Of a stretch of DNA of 64,000 bases, positions 48,401-60,608 are shown one piece after another. Both the position numbers and the translations under genes were made by a program. Each line of letters begins with the position of its first letter. Position 1 is the first letter of the stretch. Under the pieces are notes generated by a model. It was not told where the DNA came from. It was given only the letters and a program-made list of their open reading frames with translations, and searched no databases. The stretch is from assembly GCF_000143415.4 (NCBI RefSeq), contig NW_003314269.1, positions 644,401 to 708,400 on the forward strand, in the 5' to 3' direction. This DNA is from Selaginella moellendorffii (taxonomy: Eukaryota; Plantae; Lycopodiophyta).

Positions 48401-49035
48401 AAGTTTGGTTATTTAATTGCGATCATATAGCATTGACCAATTGCACCAACTGCTACTCTAGAGTCAAAGGAGGAGGAGATTGTTGCTTTACCATGAAGAT
48501 GAATAAAGAGGAAAGAGCAAAAGAAAAGAAATGGAAAAAAGTTAAAAGGAAAAGGAGATTTAAACAATGTAAAATTTAAATCTAAACCAAAAATCCCAAA
48601 TTTAATCACTCTTCAGGGACAATCAAAGTTGCCCCTCATCTCCACCAATGTCAGTGCATGGAAAGAAAATACAACAAATGTACATATCAATTAGCCCAAA
48701 AACCCTAATTTATATATAGGAGCGAATGGTCTAAATTAAAACCAATCTGATGGCTGCCAAAATCTCATTATGTTAATATTAGTATATGGCATTGTAACAA
48801 TACACTTGAACCTCACAACTAAAAGATTTTAATTTTCTTTAAAACATTTAATATTTTTAAATTGATGATTAATGGAGATATAAATTGCATCATCTAACTA
48901 AAGGGACAACAATCTTGACAAAAGGAATTAATATGTATTGCAATTGAATTCCAAATATGACTTAAAGCATTCACTTTAACTAACTTATATGCAAATTATT
49001 TATAATATGATAGTTGCTCCACTGCATTATTTACT

Positions 49036-50624
49036 TTAAATTCTTGGTGATATAGTAAGCTCAAGAGGAACTGCTCTAGCTAGTGTCAAACCAGATCCTT
49101 CACTCATATCAAGTTCCTTGCCGCTAGGGTTCTTCCACTCAAAGCCATGCACAAGGTTGGCCAGGACGAAATGCACCACTCGCAAACCAAGCTGTATTCC
49201 AGGGCACCCTCTTCTTCCAGATCCAAAAGGGAGCATCTCAAAGTCGCGCAAGCCAACAATGTCGATGTTTCTCTCCACAAACCGCTCCGGCTTGAACTTG
49301 AGAGGCTCCTCCCAGCAGCGCTCATCCCTGGCGATCTCATAGTTATTGATGAAGACCCGTGTTCCCTCCGGAACAAAGTAGTCCATCACCTGGCAGGGCT
49401 GTGCCGCCTGGAAGATGAGTATCGCACCAGGCGGATGGAGACGAAGGGTTTCTTTCACCACTGCGCCCAGATAGACGAGTTTGTCGAGGTGGGCTTCTTC
49501 TACCTTGAGTGACGATGGCCCGACCACGCTGTGTAGCTCTTCCAGGAGCCTGGACATGACACTGGGATTGTTGATGAGCTCCGCCATCGCCCACTCGATC
49601 GTCACTGCGCTAGTGTCTGTTCCAGCACCGATCATGTCCTGCGAATAGAGATCATAACAATAGTTTCCAATGCTAATTTAACAAGATCAGGAACTCACCA
49701 GGACGATTGCCTTCATGAAGGAATCCGACTTGGAGAAGAGCTCATTTCGCAGCATTATGCTGATGAAATCGTCGCCAATATCCGCGCCTTTCCTGCGCTG
49801 CTCGTCGACCAGCCGCTGCATGTACTCGTCAACTTGCTTGTACAAGCGCTTGGCATGGGCCGCTTTTCTCAAGTCGAGCCACTGCAGCCATGGCATGATG
49901 TCTCCCACGTAAAAGTCTCCCATCGCGACGAACACCTCCTTTAGCAGGTGCTTAAACCGCAGAGCTTCCTCGTTCCTCCGGTGGCCATTCCCCACAACTT
50001 TTCGCAAGATCATGCCGTAAGTAACATCAGAGATCACCTCCGTGAGGTTAACAGTGCCCGGCATTGGACCCCTCGAGGCCTCCACAAGCTTTGCCACGGC
50101 CAGAGCCATCTCCTCGGCTCTCGCGGCTTGCGAGCGCTGGATTTGCCTCAACGTCAGTAGCTCCAGAGTGCAAAGCTTCCTCACGTTTCGCCAGTACTCG
50201 CCATATGGCGTCCATAGAATTCCATCGGCACCGAAAATCTTGCCTGGATAGATAGAACGAGCGTCGAGGGTCACAAACTCATCACTGGACACTGACCTGG
50301 TGTTAGAAAAGGCCTGGAAGAATAAGTGGAGTCGCGGACTCGGATGGCCTCTCTGGCGGCTTGGGCAGAGGAGATGACCAAGTAAGGAGAGCTCCCAAAC
50401 TTGAGGGACACACAAGGGCCGTGCTCTCGAGCGATTTCCCCGAAGGCACGGTGGAGATGCTTGCCAAGAACCAGATGCAAGTGCCCGATTAGCGGGAGTG
50501 CTCTTGGCGATGGCGGCAGCGAGCATCCAGCTCCTCCAGATGGTGGGCGAAGAATCCATGATTTCACGAGGAGAGCCACGGAGAGCCCGAAGAGCACTGC
50601 AAGCGGAGCGATCCACGTCTCCAT
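49036..50624 (-). CDS. Cytochrome P450, CYP71 clan, copy 2 (three exons)
   Basis: Near-identical to copy 1, with the same motifs and intron positions. Confidence 0.95.
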
Positions 50625-51037
50625 AGCTCTCGCAAATTATCAAACTCTATTAATTGACTTTGAAGACACCTGGAGTCAGTCGAGTTTTTCTCATTTTGTT
50701 CTTTTTTCTTGACCAGTAAAAGGAAAAAGTTCTAGAATGAGAGCGTTTCTTTCTGAGAAAGGTCATTTAAACCCGAATCCATTGGCGTTTATAAAAATTA
50801 CATAAAATCTTTCTTGCGAGAGTTTTAGCTAGCGCTAGCGATGGAGCTCTAACAATCTCTCATGCATGGAAGAGAGAGAGAGAGAGAGAGAGAGATTAAT
50901 CTTCTAAAAATTTAGTGCTAGCGATGGAAGGAATCTAGCTCTCAAAAAAAATTATGCGTAGAGAGAGAGAGTTTACCGAGTTTCTCTACCTAGGGCTTTT
51001 GCTCCTAGATCGGTCGATCAATCCATTGATCGACCCA

Positions 51038-51505
51038 ATGGCGTCGGCGTCGTGGGCGCTGCGGCTGCGCGAGCTGAGTGAAAGGTATGGCAAGGTCGCG
51101 GTGGGCGTGCATTTCTCCGTGTCCGCCATCTCCACCGGGACCATCTACCTGGCCATCAAGAACAACGTCGATGTGGTAGCGCTCCTGGAGAAAGTGGGGC
51201 TCGTCTCCAAGAAAGCCCCCGAGGACAAACTCAGCGGCGCCGCCGGAGTGGAGCGAGTCTGGAGCGAATCCGAGGAGAGCAGCGGCAGTCCCGACATGGC
51301 CCAGAAGATCGATGATCCCAGCGACGCCGACGCCGACCCTTCTGCTCCTCCGTCCAAGGAGAAGAAGCGATCGGATGGGGCCATGGGAGCTCTGGGCCTG
51401 GCTCTTCTCTGCAACAAGGCTCTCTTTCCAGTCCGTGTTCCAATCACTGTCATGCTCACGCCGCCAGTTCATCGCCTCCTCACCCGGATCAAAGCTCGAC
51501 TGTGA
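51038..51505 (+). CDS. DUF1279 / FAM210B-like protein, intronless
   Basis: RLRELSERYGKVAVGVHFSVSAIS..YLAIKNNVDV and LALLCNKALFPVRVPITVMLTPP are characteristic of DUF1279. Confidence 0.85.
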   Translation: MASASWALRLRELSERYGKVAVGVHFSVSAISTGTIYLAIKNNVDVVALLEKVGLVSKKAPEDKLSGAAGVERVWSESEESSGSPDMAQKIDDPSDADADPSAPPSKEKKRSDGAMGALGLALLCNKALFPVRVPITVMLTPPVHRLLTRIKARL

Positions 51506-51796
51506 TCCATCCCATCCTGCTGGAAAGTAGTCCACGAATCGAGGTAGCTTGAGCTCCATTTTTTTTTTTGGCTTTGCTCTCTTTGCGTCGAGTTTTCGTA
51601 GAGTCCAGTCCTTGTCCTTTACGTTCGCATATTTCCTGCTTTCTTCTTCACGGGGACTCCTGAGAAGGGATGAGCTCCATTTTTTCTTCCCTCCAGCGTC
51701 CCCAGCATTGCGTGCTTTCGCTGTTGTTTACGTTCCTTCTTCACGGGGATTGCCACTGTCGGTAAAGCTTTCTTCTTCCTGCAGCGGTCCCAACTT

Positions 51797-53077
51797 CTAA
51801 CCACTGGTCTTGCTCTGCTTCTTCTTCGCCACCACCTGTTTCTTCTCCGCCGGTTTCACCTTGATCACGGAGTCGTAGATCTTGACAGCCGCCGGGTTCC
51901 ATCCCAGCACCATCTTCCGAAAGCTCGCATTGGTGTAGTAGAACACGCCCTTCCACTTGATGTCCACGTCCTGCCTCATCAATCCGCTGAGCAAAACCAG
52001 CGCCGCCACCCGGAACCGCGGCCTCAACCGCTTCTCGAGGCTGTAGAGCATGTAAGTCGGCGACTTGAGCATCTTCTCCCGGGGCAGCTTGACGCAGTCG
52101 AGCAGAAACCTCATCTTGAGCTTGAGCGACTCGTCACCCACGCGCAGGATCCTCGGCTGCTTGCGAAACATCTCGTGGACTTGCGCAGTGGAGAAGCCAA
52201 ACGCGCTCATCCTCTCCAGCCGCTCCGGGATGATCTCCATCTTCGTCAGCGCCGCGATGCTGAGCGCCGACTTGTAAGATCTGGCGCTCCTGCTCAGCCC
52301 CGCCGAGCGGAGAACGTCCTCTCTCGCCGGGAGCGTCGCGGCGGAGCGGAGAGATCCCGGGTACCAGGCCACCATCTGCGCCATCCTCTCGCCATCCAGG
52401 CCGTGGCGCTTGAACAGCGGCATGCACTCCTCCATGGTCACGTTGCTGCTCTTGAAGAACCACGGGTAGCGGAGAAGAATGCGCTCCAAGTTCTTCCCCA
52501 CCACGGACCTCTCCGCCACGAACGCCAGCTTGATCTTCCACATCTCCAGGCTCAGCGTGGCGGCGCCTCTGGACTTCTGGAGCACCAGCCCGAAAGCTTT
52601 CCTGGACACCCCGAGGCTGCAAACCAGCCGCGTCTTCTCCTCGAGGTCCTCCACCGTGAGCAAGATCGGGCGCTTGGGGATGTCGCTCTTGCCGATGCCC
52701 AGCCGCCCCAGGCTCGCGATCCTGGTGGAGAGGCTGGCGGGGTCCTGCGCCACCACCTGGGGGACGATCCGGACGATCCGGTGGACTTGCTTCTCGTCGC
52801 CGAGCTCGCGGAGAATGGCCAGGATCTTGTCGAACTTGGCTTGATCGTAGGCGACCTTGAAGAGACATGGCTGTGCTCGGAATGCGTCGCTGATGTGGCG
52901 CCGCGAGAAGCCGTTCTTCACCAGGAAGATGATCACTCCCGAGAGATTGAATGCCGTGCTGCCGCTGGACTGCCCATTCTTGTCAATCCTGTCCGTGTAG
53001 AGCGACACTAGCTTGTCTAACCCGGTCTCGGCGAGGAAGCCTGGATCGACGAGGTCGTCGCTCGAGTGTGCCGCCAT
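51797..53077 (-). CDS. mTERF-family protein
   Basis: Long ORF with mTERF repeats, e.g. FGFSTAQVHEMFRKQPRILRVGDESLKLKMRFL..PTYMLYSLEKRLRPRFRV. First ATG at 53077; the frame is open to a probable splice acceptor at ~53183, so the true start may be upstream. Confidence 0.85.
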   Translation of the reverse strand: MAAHSSDDLVDPGFLAETGLDKLVSLYTDRIDKNGQSSGSTAFNLSGVIIFLVKNGFSRRHISDAFRAQPCLFKVAYDQAKFDKILAILRELGDEKQVHRIVRIVPQVVAQDPASLSTRIASLGRLGIGKSDIPKRPILLTVEDLEEKTRLVCSLGVSRKAFGLVLQKSRGAATLSLEMWKIKLAFVAERSVVGKNLERILLRYPWFFKSSNVTMEECMPLFKRHGLDGERMAQMVAWYPGSLRSAATLPAREDVLRSAGLSRSARSYKSALSIAALTKMEIIPERLERMSAFGFSTAQVHEMFRKQPRILRVGDESLKLKMRFLLDCVKLPREKMLKSPTYMLYSLEKRLRPRFRVAALVLLSGLMRQDVDIKWKGVFYYTNASFRKMVLGWNPAAVKIYDSVIKVKPAEKKQVVAKKKQSKTSG

Positions 53078-53614
53078 TTCGGACAAGAACCCTAGAGGAG
53101 GAGCGACTGACCTGCTAGAGCTGTGGATCTTGCTTGCTCCATCCCAGTTAGGGCACACACTGGATAGAATAAAATGCAATACCTGAGAAAAAAGAGAGAA
53201 AAAAAGAGAAAAGTCACCACCTTGAAATGAGAAGATTTTTTATTTCATCGAAGTTTAATTTCAATAATTTACTGTGCGTTGCATGCAACAGCACTTTATC
53301 TACTTAATAGTAGTTATAAATATGTTTATAATTTGTAAATCAAGATCAATTTTATTGCATATTAACCATTCGATGGTAGAATAAAAAAGAATATTTTAAA
53401 AAGTGTTTAGGAATGTTTATAAATTATAAACATAAAAAATTAATCTAAATAAATAACAACTGTTAAATAGTAAAATATCCTAAAATATTCAAATATATTT
53501 TAAGTATATTCATTAACATCTTTCCCCTTACAGGTTTGCACCAAAAACTTATGTTATTGTCAAATTTCGCACACCCTTTTAGGGCATATAATTTGGCACA
53601 AAGGTTTGGCAACT

Positions 53615-55083
53615 ATGACGTATACGGAGGAAGAAAGGAAGCTGTCTCTGCATAGCGACGTGGTCGAGCTCTGCTCCCACGTCGGGAAAGAGTATGCTTC
53701 AGCAGTGTCTCGGACGCTAAACATAGGGCGCGCGTTGAGAGGTTTCCGTAGGAATCTCTATCACACCGCTTACCCAGAAAGGGATGGGAACCTATACGAC
53801 CTTGTCATGCTGCTCTATGCTGGAAGCCTTCCCCTCGGAGTTTCCAGTAATGTCGTCCGGGAAATCTCTCAGAGTGTGCGTGCTGGTTCCCTCCAACACG
53901 CCTTGACGTGGTTGCGCGAACCAGGTGGGTGGTTTTTCTTTTCAGTTCCTCATTTACTCTTTTGCAAAGTTTCAGCCTCTCAGGCTCGCCGTGAGGTTGA
54001 CGCACTGGCCAAGTCCGAGTATTTCCTAACACCAGACAAATCGGTAAGCGTGCGCCTATGTATCTTCGTACTTCTAATCGCCATTCTCGCAGACACTCGC
54101 GGAAAGAAACCCCTACGCCGCCTGCCAGGTTGAAGCTGGATGTCCCGAGGAGCTCCAGTTCCTCACACAGGAGCATGGATTCCAGGCCATCCTGGTGAAT
54201 GCCCGGCCGGGCTTGGAGGTGGAGGACTTGAGCGAGGAAGAGATCGTACTTCTCCTGCATGCTCTACACGCAGAGAACTCTCCGTTGGCGAAGCTCATGC
54301 GGCCACTTCCTTTCCTGACGCATCAGGAGAATGTGGCTGTCGCACTGCAACACGCGCGGCTCTTCCTGCTCGGGGCTCTGCTTCCGGTTGCCTTCGCCAT
54401 AGACATCACCTGTGAGTGTTGCAACACACTATTTCCTGCCTCTCAAGTGCTCCATCTCTTATTTCCTTCGTTTTTGCTACAGATGCCGATCTGAGGCACT
54501 TGGTTGGACCCTGCAACTCGTTTCCTTGTTGTCAAGCCAGCAAGTACCAGCTCATAGTAATTGGTGTTTCATTTCTTGCCTCGTTTAACATAACTCTTTT
54601 CAGCCAGCGGCAGACGAGGACGTGATCGCTAAATGGCGTTGCTGGAAAAGGCCGCTATTCCGCTGGTATGCACTCATTGTAGTTCTTGCTTTTTCCTTGA
54701 TCGTGAAAATCTGCTCGGTATGCTGCAGGCTTGACAATCCTGATCGTCTACCATCAGGTATGGAGACAAACCTGAGATTGACAACGATAAGTAGCCATCT
54801 GCTGGCGAAGAAGGAACCGAGCATGGTTGTCGTCCATGAGACGAGTACCGGGTGTCCAGCGGAAGCACCATTGTTTGTGCGGCAGCTACTACGCCTGCGG
54901 TCACCACACTGCTTTGATCCGACGAGAGAGGAGCCCCGTGACTGGAGAGAATGGAACAGTATCCTGGTTCACACCCAGGAAGAGGAAGAGGAGGGCCACG
55001 GTGATGCACTTGACCAGGCCACGTATGCCGAGTGGGAGTTTGGAGAGTCCGAGGAGATGTTTGCGTTGCTCACAAGGCTCTAA
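53615..55083 (+). CDS. Hypothetical multi-exon gene (possibly two genes or a pseudogene), no recognised domain
   Basis: GC-rich coding-like blocks separated by ~50-nt pyrimidine-rich GT-AG segments; the 3' structure is uncertain. Confidence 0.45.
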
Positions 55084-55600
55084 GGAAGTTCTCTCCATCT
55101 CTCTCCACAAACTGCGTCTGGACCCTGTGTAGTTGCTCTTAGCGAGAAAAAAAAACGTGGAACAACATGAAAGGAATGACCTGGTGGTGTTTGGGGTGGG
55201 GACGAGCGCTGCGACCTGCAAAATGAGAATTGTTTGACGATTTTTCTAAGTTGGCCAGAGTTACCTGATCTTATTATCATCATTAGAGCTGGGCAGCCTA
55301 TCTCCTATGGTAGTTCATGGCTCGTCCTGCAAAACTTATCTTAGAACAAATCCACCAGAAACAGTAATTCTCAAACCTGTGTTTTTTGAAAATTGCATGT
55401 TTCTCCATGCGCAGAACTGTAAAAAGAAAAATAGAAAAACAGAAAACACTCACAGAGAAGTATTAGAACCGATGGCGTCGAGGAACGCCATTTTGCCACG
55501 ATCGCGCTGGTTCGCGATCATGGACTTCCTAACCTAAGACATGGATGCATCATACATACAAGCTCCGGAAGCAATGCAAACTTACAAGAAATCAATACGC

Positions 55601-57239
55601 TTACCGAATACAGCGACTGTTCAAGGCACTGTATGTTTCCCTTGCCTTCGTTCGAACCGCTGCTTTCGCTGTGTCGGGATTGCCAAAGACTTGCCAGAAC
55701 CTGAGTGTTTCGTCTCCAGCGGCAGAAGCAACTGTGTAGCCATCAGGACTCTGCAACGAACACAGCGTGGTTAGATACCAGCTGATGGAAACCAAGCAAG
55801 AACATCTACCTGCGCCAAGTGCAAGACTCTGGATGTGTGACCGGTAAGTTCCGCCATCTTCACCATAGACGGGTACTTCCACAAGATCAACTGGTTCTGG
55901 CTGAATCCATGCGAACTTAGCAGCTCTCTCTCATGCTTGCTCCACTGCAACGCGCACACCTGAGAGCCCGTGTCGACGCTTTGGATGCAAGCTCCAGTGT
56001 GCGTGTTCCAGAATTTGATGCATCGGTCTGCAGTGCCACCCCCGGAGGCCAAGAGATTGCTCTGGAAAGGACACCAGGCAAGGGCTTTGACAGCCGCTTG
56101 ATGCTCGTCCAGACGATGCAGATACGAGCTTGTACCACCGGAAACAGCAGCGGCGGCATCCCAGACGTGAAGAAGGTTGTCATTACCACCGCTAGCCAGC
56201 TGCTGTCCAGAAGGCGACCACTTCAAGCCGCAAACTTCCTGCTGGTGTGCTACCATCTTGCCAGTTACGTGCTCACGGATGCGAACGTCATGGTTGAAGA
56301 TAACGTTGTCACGACCCCCGGTACTGAGAATCGGACCATTCCAGGCCAGGCTTCCAACTCGAGCAGAGTGGGCCTTGAGAGATCGCACCTGTGTGGCACC
56401 GCAAGCTTTTTTAGTTCCTGAGATCCAAGACACAATCCTACACTTCACTGTACCTGGCGAAGAGACAATGAATCCCAGAGCTGCACGTCCGCATTGCTAA
56501 GGCCGACAGAGATATGCTTGCCGTCGGGCGCCCAAGCAACGCTAGTCACGGGACCGTCCTCCTCGTTTGCTTGCATGAGCTCTTCGATGTTACCCGTGCT
56601 CGCGTTCCAGAGGTAGACGGTGTGTCCGAGAGCGACCGCGACCACGTTGTTTGATCCCCAGTCGAGCAAGTTGAGGTAGTAGTCGTCTAGAATCTCGGGT
56701 GCGTCGAGAGTTCTCTCTGGAGCCTGAAAGAAGAAAACAAGTGTGAGAAGAGAAGATTTCTAAACCCAAGAACAAATGGATGGAAGAAAGAAAGAGGAGA
56801 GGAAACATACCTGGGGAATGTGTCTAAACATCTTGCGAGGCCTGGAAGCGCCCGGAGCCGTGTTCTCGCTGTACAAGAGCCTGGATTCCTTGTCAAATCC
56901 CTCGGGAGGCGGCGGAGGCCTGTTCTTGAAGGCAAGAATCCGGCTCTCCTTGTGGAGGATGTTGGCGTCTTTCAAGAGATTCTCGGCGAGCTGCTTCTTG
57001 TACTCTTCCTGGCAGCAATCGTACCTCAGATGCTGCTGCTGTTGCTGCTGCTGCTGAGAATGCGAGTTCTCCTTGCCGAGCACGAGCATATTTGCGACAT
57101 CGAAATTCATGGCGCTGCGATCTGGGATGAATCGATCGCTCTGGAGCTGGAGCTTCCCCGGCGTCTTCCTCGGCGGATTCGAGATGAGGCACGGGGCTCT
57201 GCCGGGAGTAGAGCAAGTCGCCGTGCCCTGGGCTGCCAT
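55601..57239 (-). CDS. CDC20: Cell division cycle 20 (fizzy), APC/C activator, four exons
   Basis: C-box DRFIPDR, KEN box, RILAF MAD2-binding motif, [19 protein letters not shown]40 repeats ([24 protein letters not shown]) and C-terminal IR tail. Confidence 0.95.
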
Positions 57240-57435
57240 CAACACACAAAAGAAACCAAAATTTTCGAGCAAGAAGCACACAAACAAGAAGAATGCGAGC
57301 TAGAAAGTTCTACTCTACTGATCTCTAGCTATGAGCGCGCTTGGACTTCGTGGAGAGAGGGCCGCGCGGTTCGCAAAATCGATCGCTTTGCTTCTCTAGA
57401 GATTTAGGGCTCTTGATTATAACCCCGGCTCCTCT

Positions 57436-57461
57436 ATCAACGGTCCGATTTTCCAACGGGT
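57436..57461. promoter_or_regulatory. Two MSA-like (MYB3R-binding) elements in the divergent CDC20/CNBD promoter
   Basis: TCAACGGT and TCCAACGGGT about 200 bp upstream of the CDC20 ATG; the AACGG core is established for G2/M genes. Confidence 0.7.
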
Positions 57462-57558
57462 CTATGGATGGTTAGGGCTCCTGGCCAAAGGTCACTGGGG
57501 TTTATTGGGGCTTTGGATCGATCGCGCTGGCCGCCGCTTTCTCTAGGAATGATCGAGA

Positions 57559-60506
57559 ATGTCGCTTGAAGCAACGATAGATCGTCAATGGTGAGACTCT
57601 TTGACTCGATCGCTCTAGAGGAAATGCTGAGTTTGTATGAACTAGGCTTCTCTATTGCAAGACGAATGGCGTGGATTGGCGCATTTTAGAACAGAGAGCC
57701 GCCGCAGGGTCTTCAAGAAGACGTGAGTTACTCGCCTTTTTTTCTGCTTGTATGCTCGAGCTTTGTTTTAATTTTGCCAACAGTCCTGAGGAGCGGACTG
57801 CTAGCGAGCTCTATGTTTTGGAAGAAGTTTTCTCGGATATCAAGCTCATCAGCAATCTCCCATTTTCTAAACGACTTGAGGCAAGCGTTTAGAAGCCATT
57901 TTCTTGGAGATTGACTGTTTTTTTTTTTTTTTGGTTTTTCTTTGTCTAGATTTGTAAATTTATCCATTACGAGGATGTTCCCGAGTGCACACCTGGTAAT
58001 TTGTGAAGTGTGCTAGTCTCCTGCTGAGCTCTTCACCCGAGTTTTTCACTTGCAGTGTATCGCGAAGGGGACGAGGGCAACAACTTCTATGTGATTTTTA
58101 CTGGCTCAGTGAAGGTAAGAGGGGAGCCCGTGGATATTGAGCTTTGTCAGTGACTTCATTCTGGTTTTGTAGGTGACAGCTACGTTTGGAAGAAAGGAAA
58201 AGTTGCTGAATGCTCTCTATGCTGGAGACTACTTTGGAGAGGCAGCGTTTCTGCACGAACATTACCGAAGGTTTGCTATGGAACTTATTGAAGCCATTCC
58301 TTACGTTCTTTTGTCAAGCAGGAGGGAAACGGTGTCGACACTCAGGCGGGTATGCCTTTATAGATTTCTTGGAAAGCTTTTGTGTTGAGGCCTTTTATTA
58401 TTTGTTTCTGCAAGTGCGAGCTTTTGGTTTTGAGAAAGGCAGACTACGAGGCAGCTCTAAAGACAGACATAACTGAAGAAGTGCGAGATAACTTCAAGGC
58501 GTTGCAAGTAAGCATGAACTTTGTTCGCAGAAATTAGAAGCACAACATTCCTTCCTTTTTTCAGAATGTAAACGTCCTGCAAAAGATTGCAAAGGGTGGC
58601 ATGTATCGTCTAGCAAGCCTCTTGACGTCTCGGAGCTATCCGAAAAACAGAGGTACTTTTTATCACCTCTTATATCTGGAAGTGATAACAACAGAGTTTA
58701 TATTGGATGATAACAGGCAAAACCAAATGAACACAGTTTATGGATTGATTTTTTGCAGTCATAACTTTCCAGGGCGACGAAGCTCGTGAGATGTACTTCA
58801 TCAAGAGCGGAGAGTGCCGTGTAAGCTCATCCCGGGGTTTCGTTTTGGTTGTCTAATTAATAGTCTTCAGGTTGTTATGCATGTTGCGACTCCAGGCGAT
58901 GCGTCTCCTCGTTCTCTTCCTCGAGCTGCCTCAAGTTTATGCCAGTACAGGTAAACCTTGGCTTTGCTACGTAGCACCCGGCGATTTGACCTTGCTTCTC
59001 AGGCCTACCACGCACGATCATTGCAAACAAAAAGTGAAGGAGCTCCAAAAACACTGGGGACATCCACATTTTATGACTCGGCCATTGTCTTGCCCGACAA
59101 GTCGAAGCCAGTCCGTTCCTCCAATTTCGTTTAGTCCACCAGTGATCTACGAGTATGAGTCGAGCAACATGGCCTCCACAAAACCAGTTGCCGTGACGGT
59201 TCAGGGAAGGCCTTCGTCAGCACCGGAGGCACGAGTTACTTTCAAAGACACCAGTGCCGAGAGCAAGCTTTTGTCGGCTCCAAGGGATTTTGACGTATCC
59301 AGCAGGCGTGAAGCCACACCAGAACAGGATGTTGTAGGGCGCAGTGTCTCAGCACAGGGACACCAGCGTCAAAGTCGGCTAAAGAGCGAGAAGCAGCAAA
59401 TGCATCCGAGGCAGAAGAAGGCGCTACCTTTTCTTCCAAGCACCATCAAGCAGTCATACTTGGAACAGGAACAGGAGAATGCTCAGGAAACTTCTGGCCG
59501 TTTGAAGTCCATCAGGTTCTCACGCAAATCTAGGCCGCTGTCTCAAATGTCACTGCGGTCTTATAAGTCTAGGAAGGGGAGTAAAGAAGGCCAGACCAAC
59601 ACGGAATACTCCTTAGAGTCCCTTCTCAAGGAGATCAATCACAAGTTTAGTGATGAGTCCATCCAGGACCTGGAGTTTTCGGACAAGGAGGCCATGCTAT
59701 GGGGAATGGGAACGGCAGACACTGGTTTGCTGCGTGGAGACGTGAGCGACCCTATGAATTACCAGAATAAGTTTGAGGTGTGGGTAAGAACAGTGATATC
59801 CAGAGAGAAGAAGTTGCGGGCAATCGAAGAAAACTCGGAAGATGGACTGTCGGCGAGTTTTCGGTCTAGTGAGAACACTGGGACCGAGACTGAGATCGAT
59901 AAACTCTTCAAGGTATGGTCATACTTTTCAAGCTTTTTATTTGGAAGATGAAGGTTTGTGTTTTGTAGACGGGAACGATATTGGATGTAGGTGGACTTCA
60001 CGCTGGAGAGTACTTCGGAGAGGTATTCATAGTCGAAGTTTGTTCTTCTTTTTGGGAAGTTTCTTACTTTCTTAAGAAATCCAGGCTGGTCTTCTAAGCA
60101 AAGCTACAAGGGCGGCCAGCATTCTTAGTGTTACAGACGTGGAGGTTTTGGTTCTCACAAACTCGGATTTTAGTCGTCGCTTGGACCAAGACATCATTGA
60201 TTGTCTCTGTGCGGCCGTAAGTTTGATCTCCTTTTTCATTCCTATTGCTGGTTTCAACTTTTTTTTTTCTCTCTTCTCAGAACTACAAGAAGGCCAGCTT
60301 TATGCTTGAACAATTCTATAAAACGCATCGGTGGGAGTTGGTTAAGGTGTGCTTAAGTTTTCTCTCTTCCCATGAAGTTTTTCTTTTGTTCTTGGCAGAA
60401 AAGAGTAATGAAAGATGCGCTCATGGGAAAAAAGGAAAGGTTTCCAAATCGTTTCTACCACGACATGAGCGACGCGATTCGAAGAAAGGGCATGAGAATC
60501 GAGTAG
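57559..60506 (+). CDS. Cyclic-nucleotide-binding domain protein (two CNB domains), multi-exon
   Basis: Spliced motifs VYREGDEGNNFYVIFTGSVK|V..LYAGDYFGEAAFL, VITFQGDEAREMYFIKSGECR and LHAGEYFGE..RAASILSVTDVEVLVL; start codon tentative. Confidence 0.8.
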
Positions 60507-60608
60507 TTCTTGATTTTTTGGAAACTCAGTGGTGCTGGTCCTTTTAATTTTTTTTTTATGTTTATAAAGGTCGTTGACCGTATGGTTGACCAGGTCAATT
60601 GGCTATGA

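Larger units (their letters stand above)
36398..48817 (-). mobile_element. Family A copy A3, old and heavily decayed, containing elements D and E
   Basis: LTRs 36398-36574 and 48649-48817; 4-bp TSD ACTA; PBS TGGTGGAGATGAGGGG; PPT next to 36575; fragmented gag/PR/RT/RH/INT ORFs collinear with A2. Confidence 0.9.

Noticed and set aside
52134-53011. Long alternative-frame and antisense ORFs over mTERF (similar ones over the methyltransferase and DUF1279)
   Set aside because: Expected shadows of GC-rich codon usage
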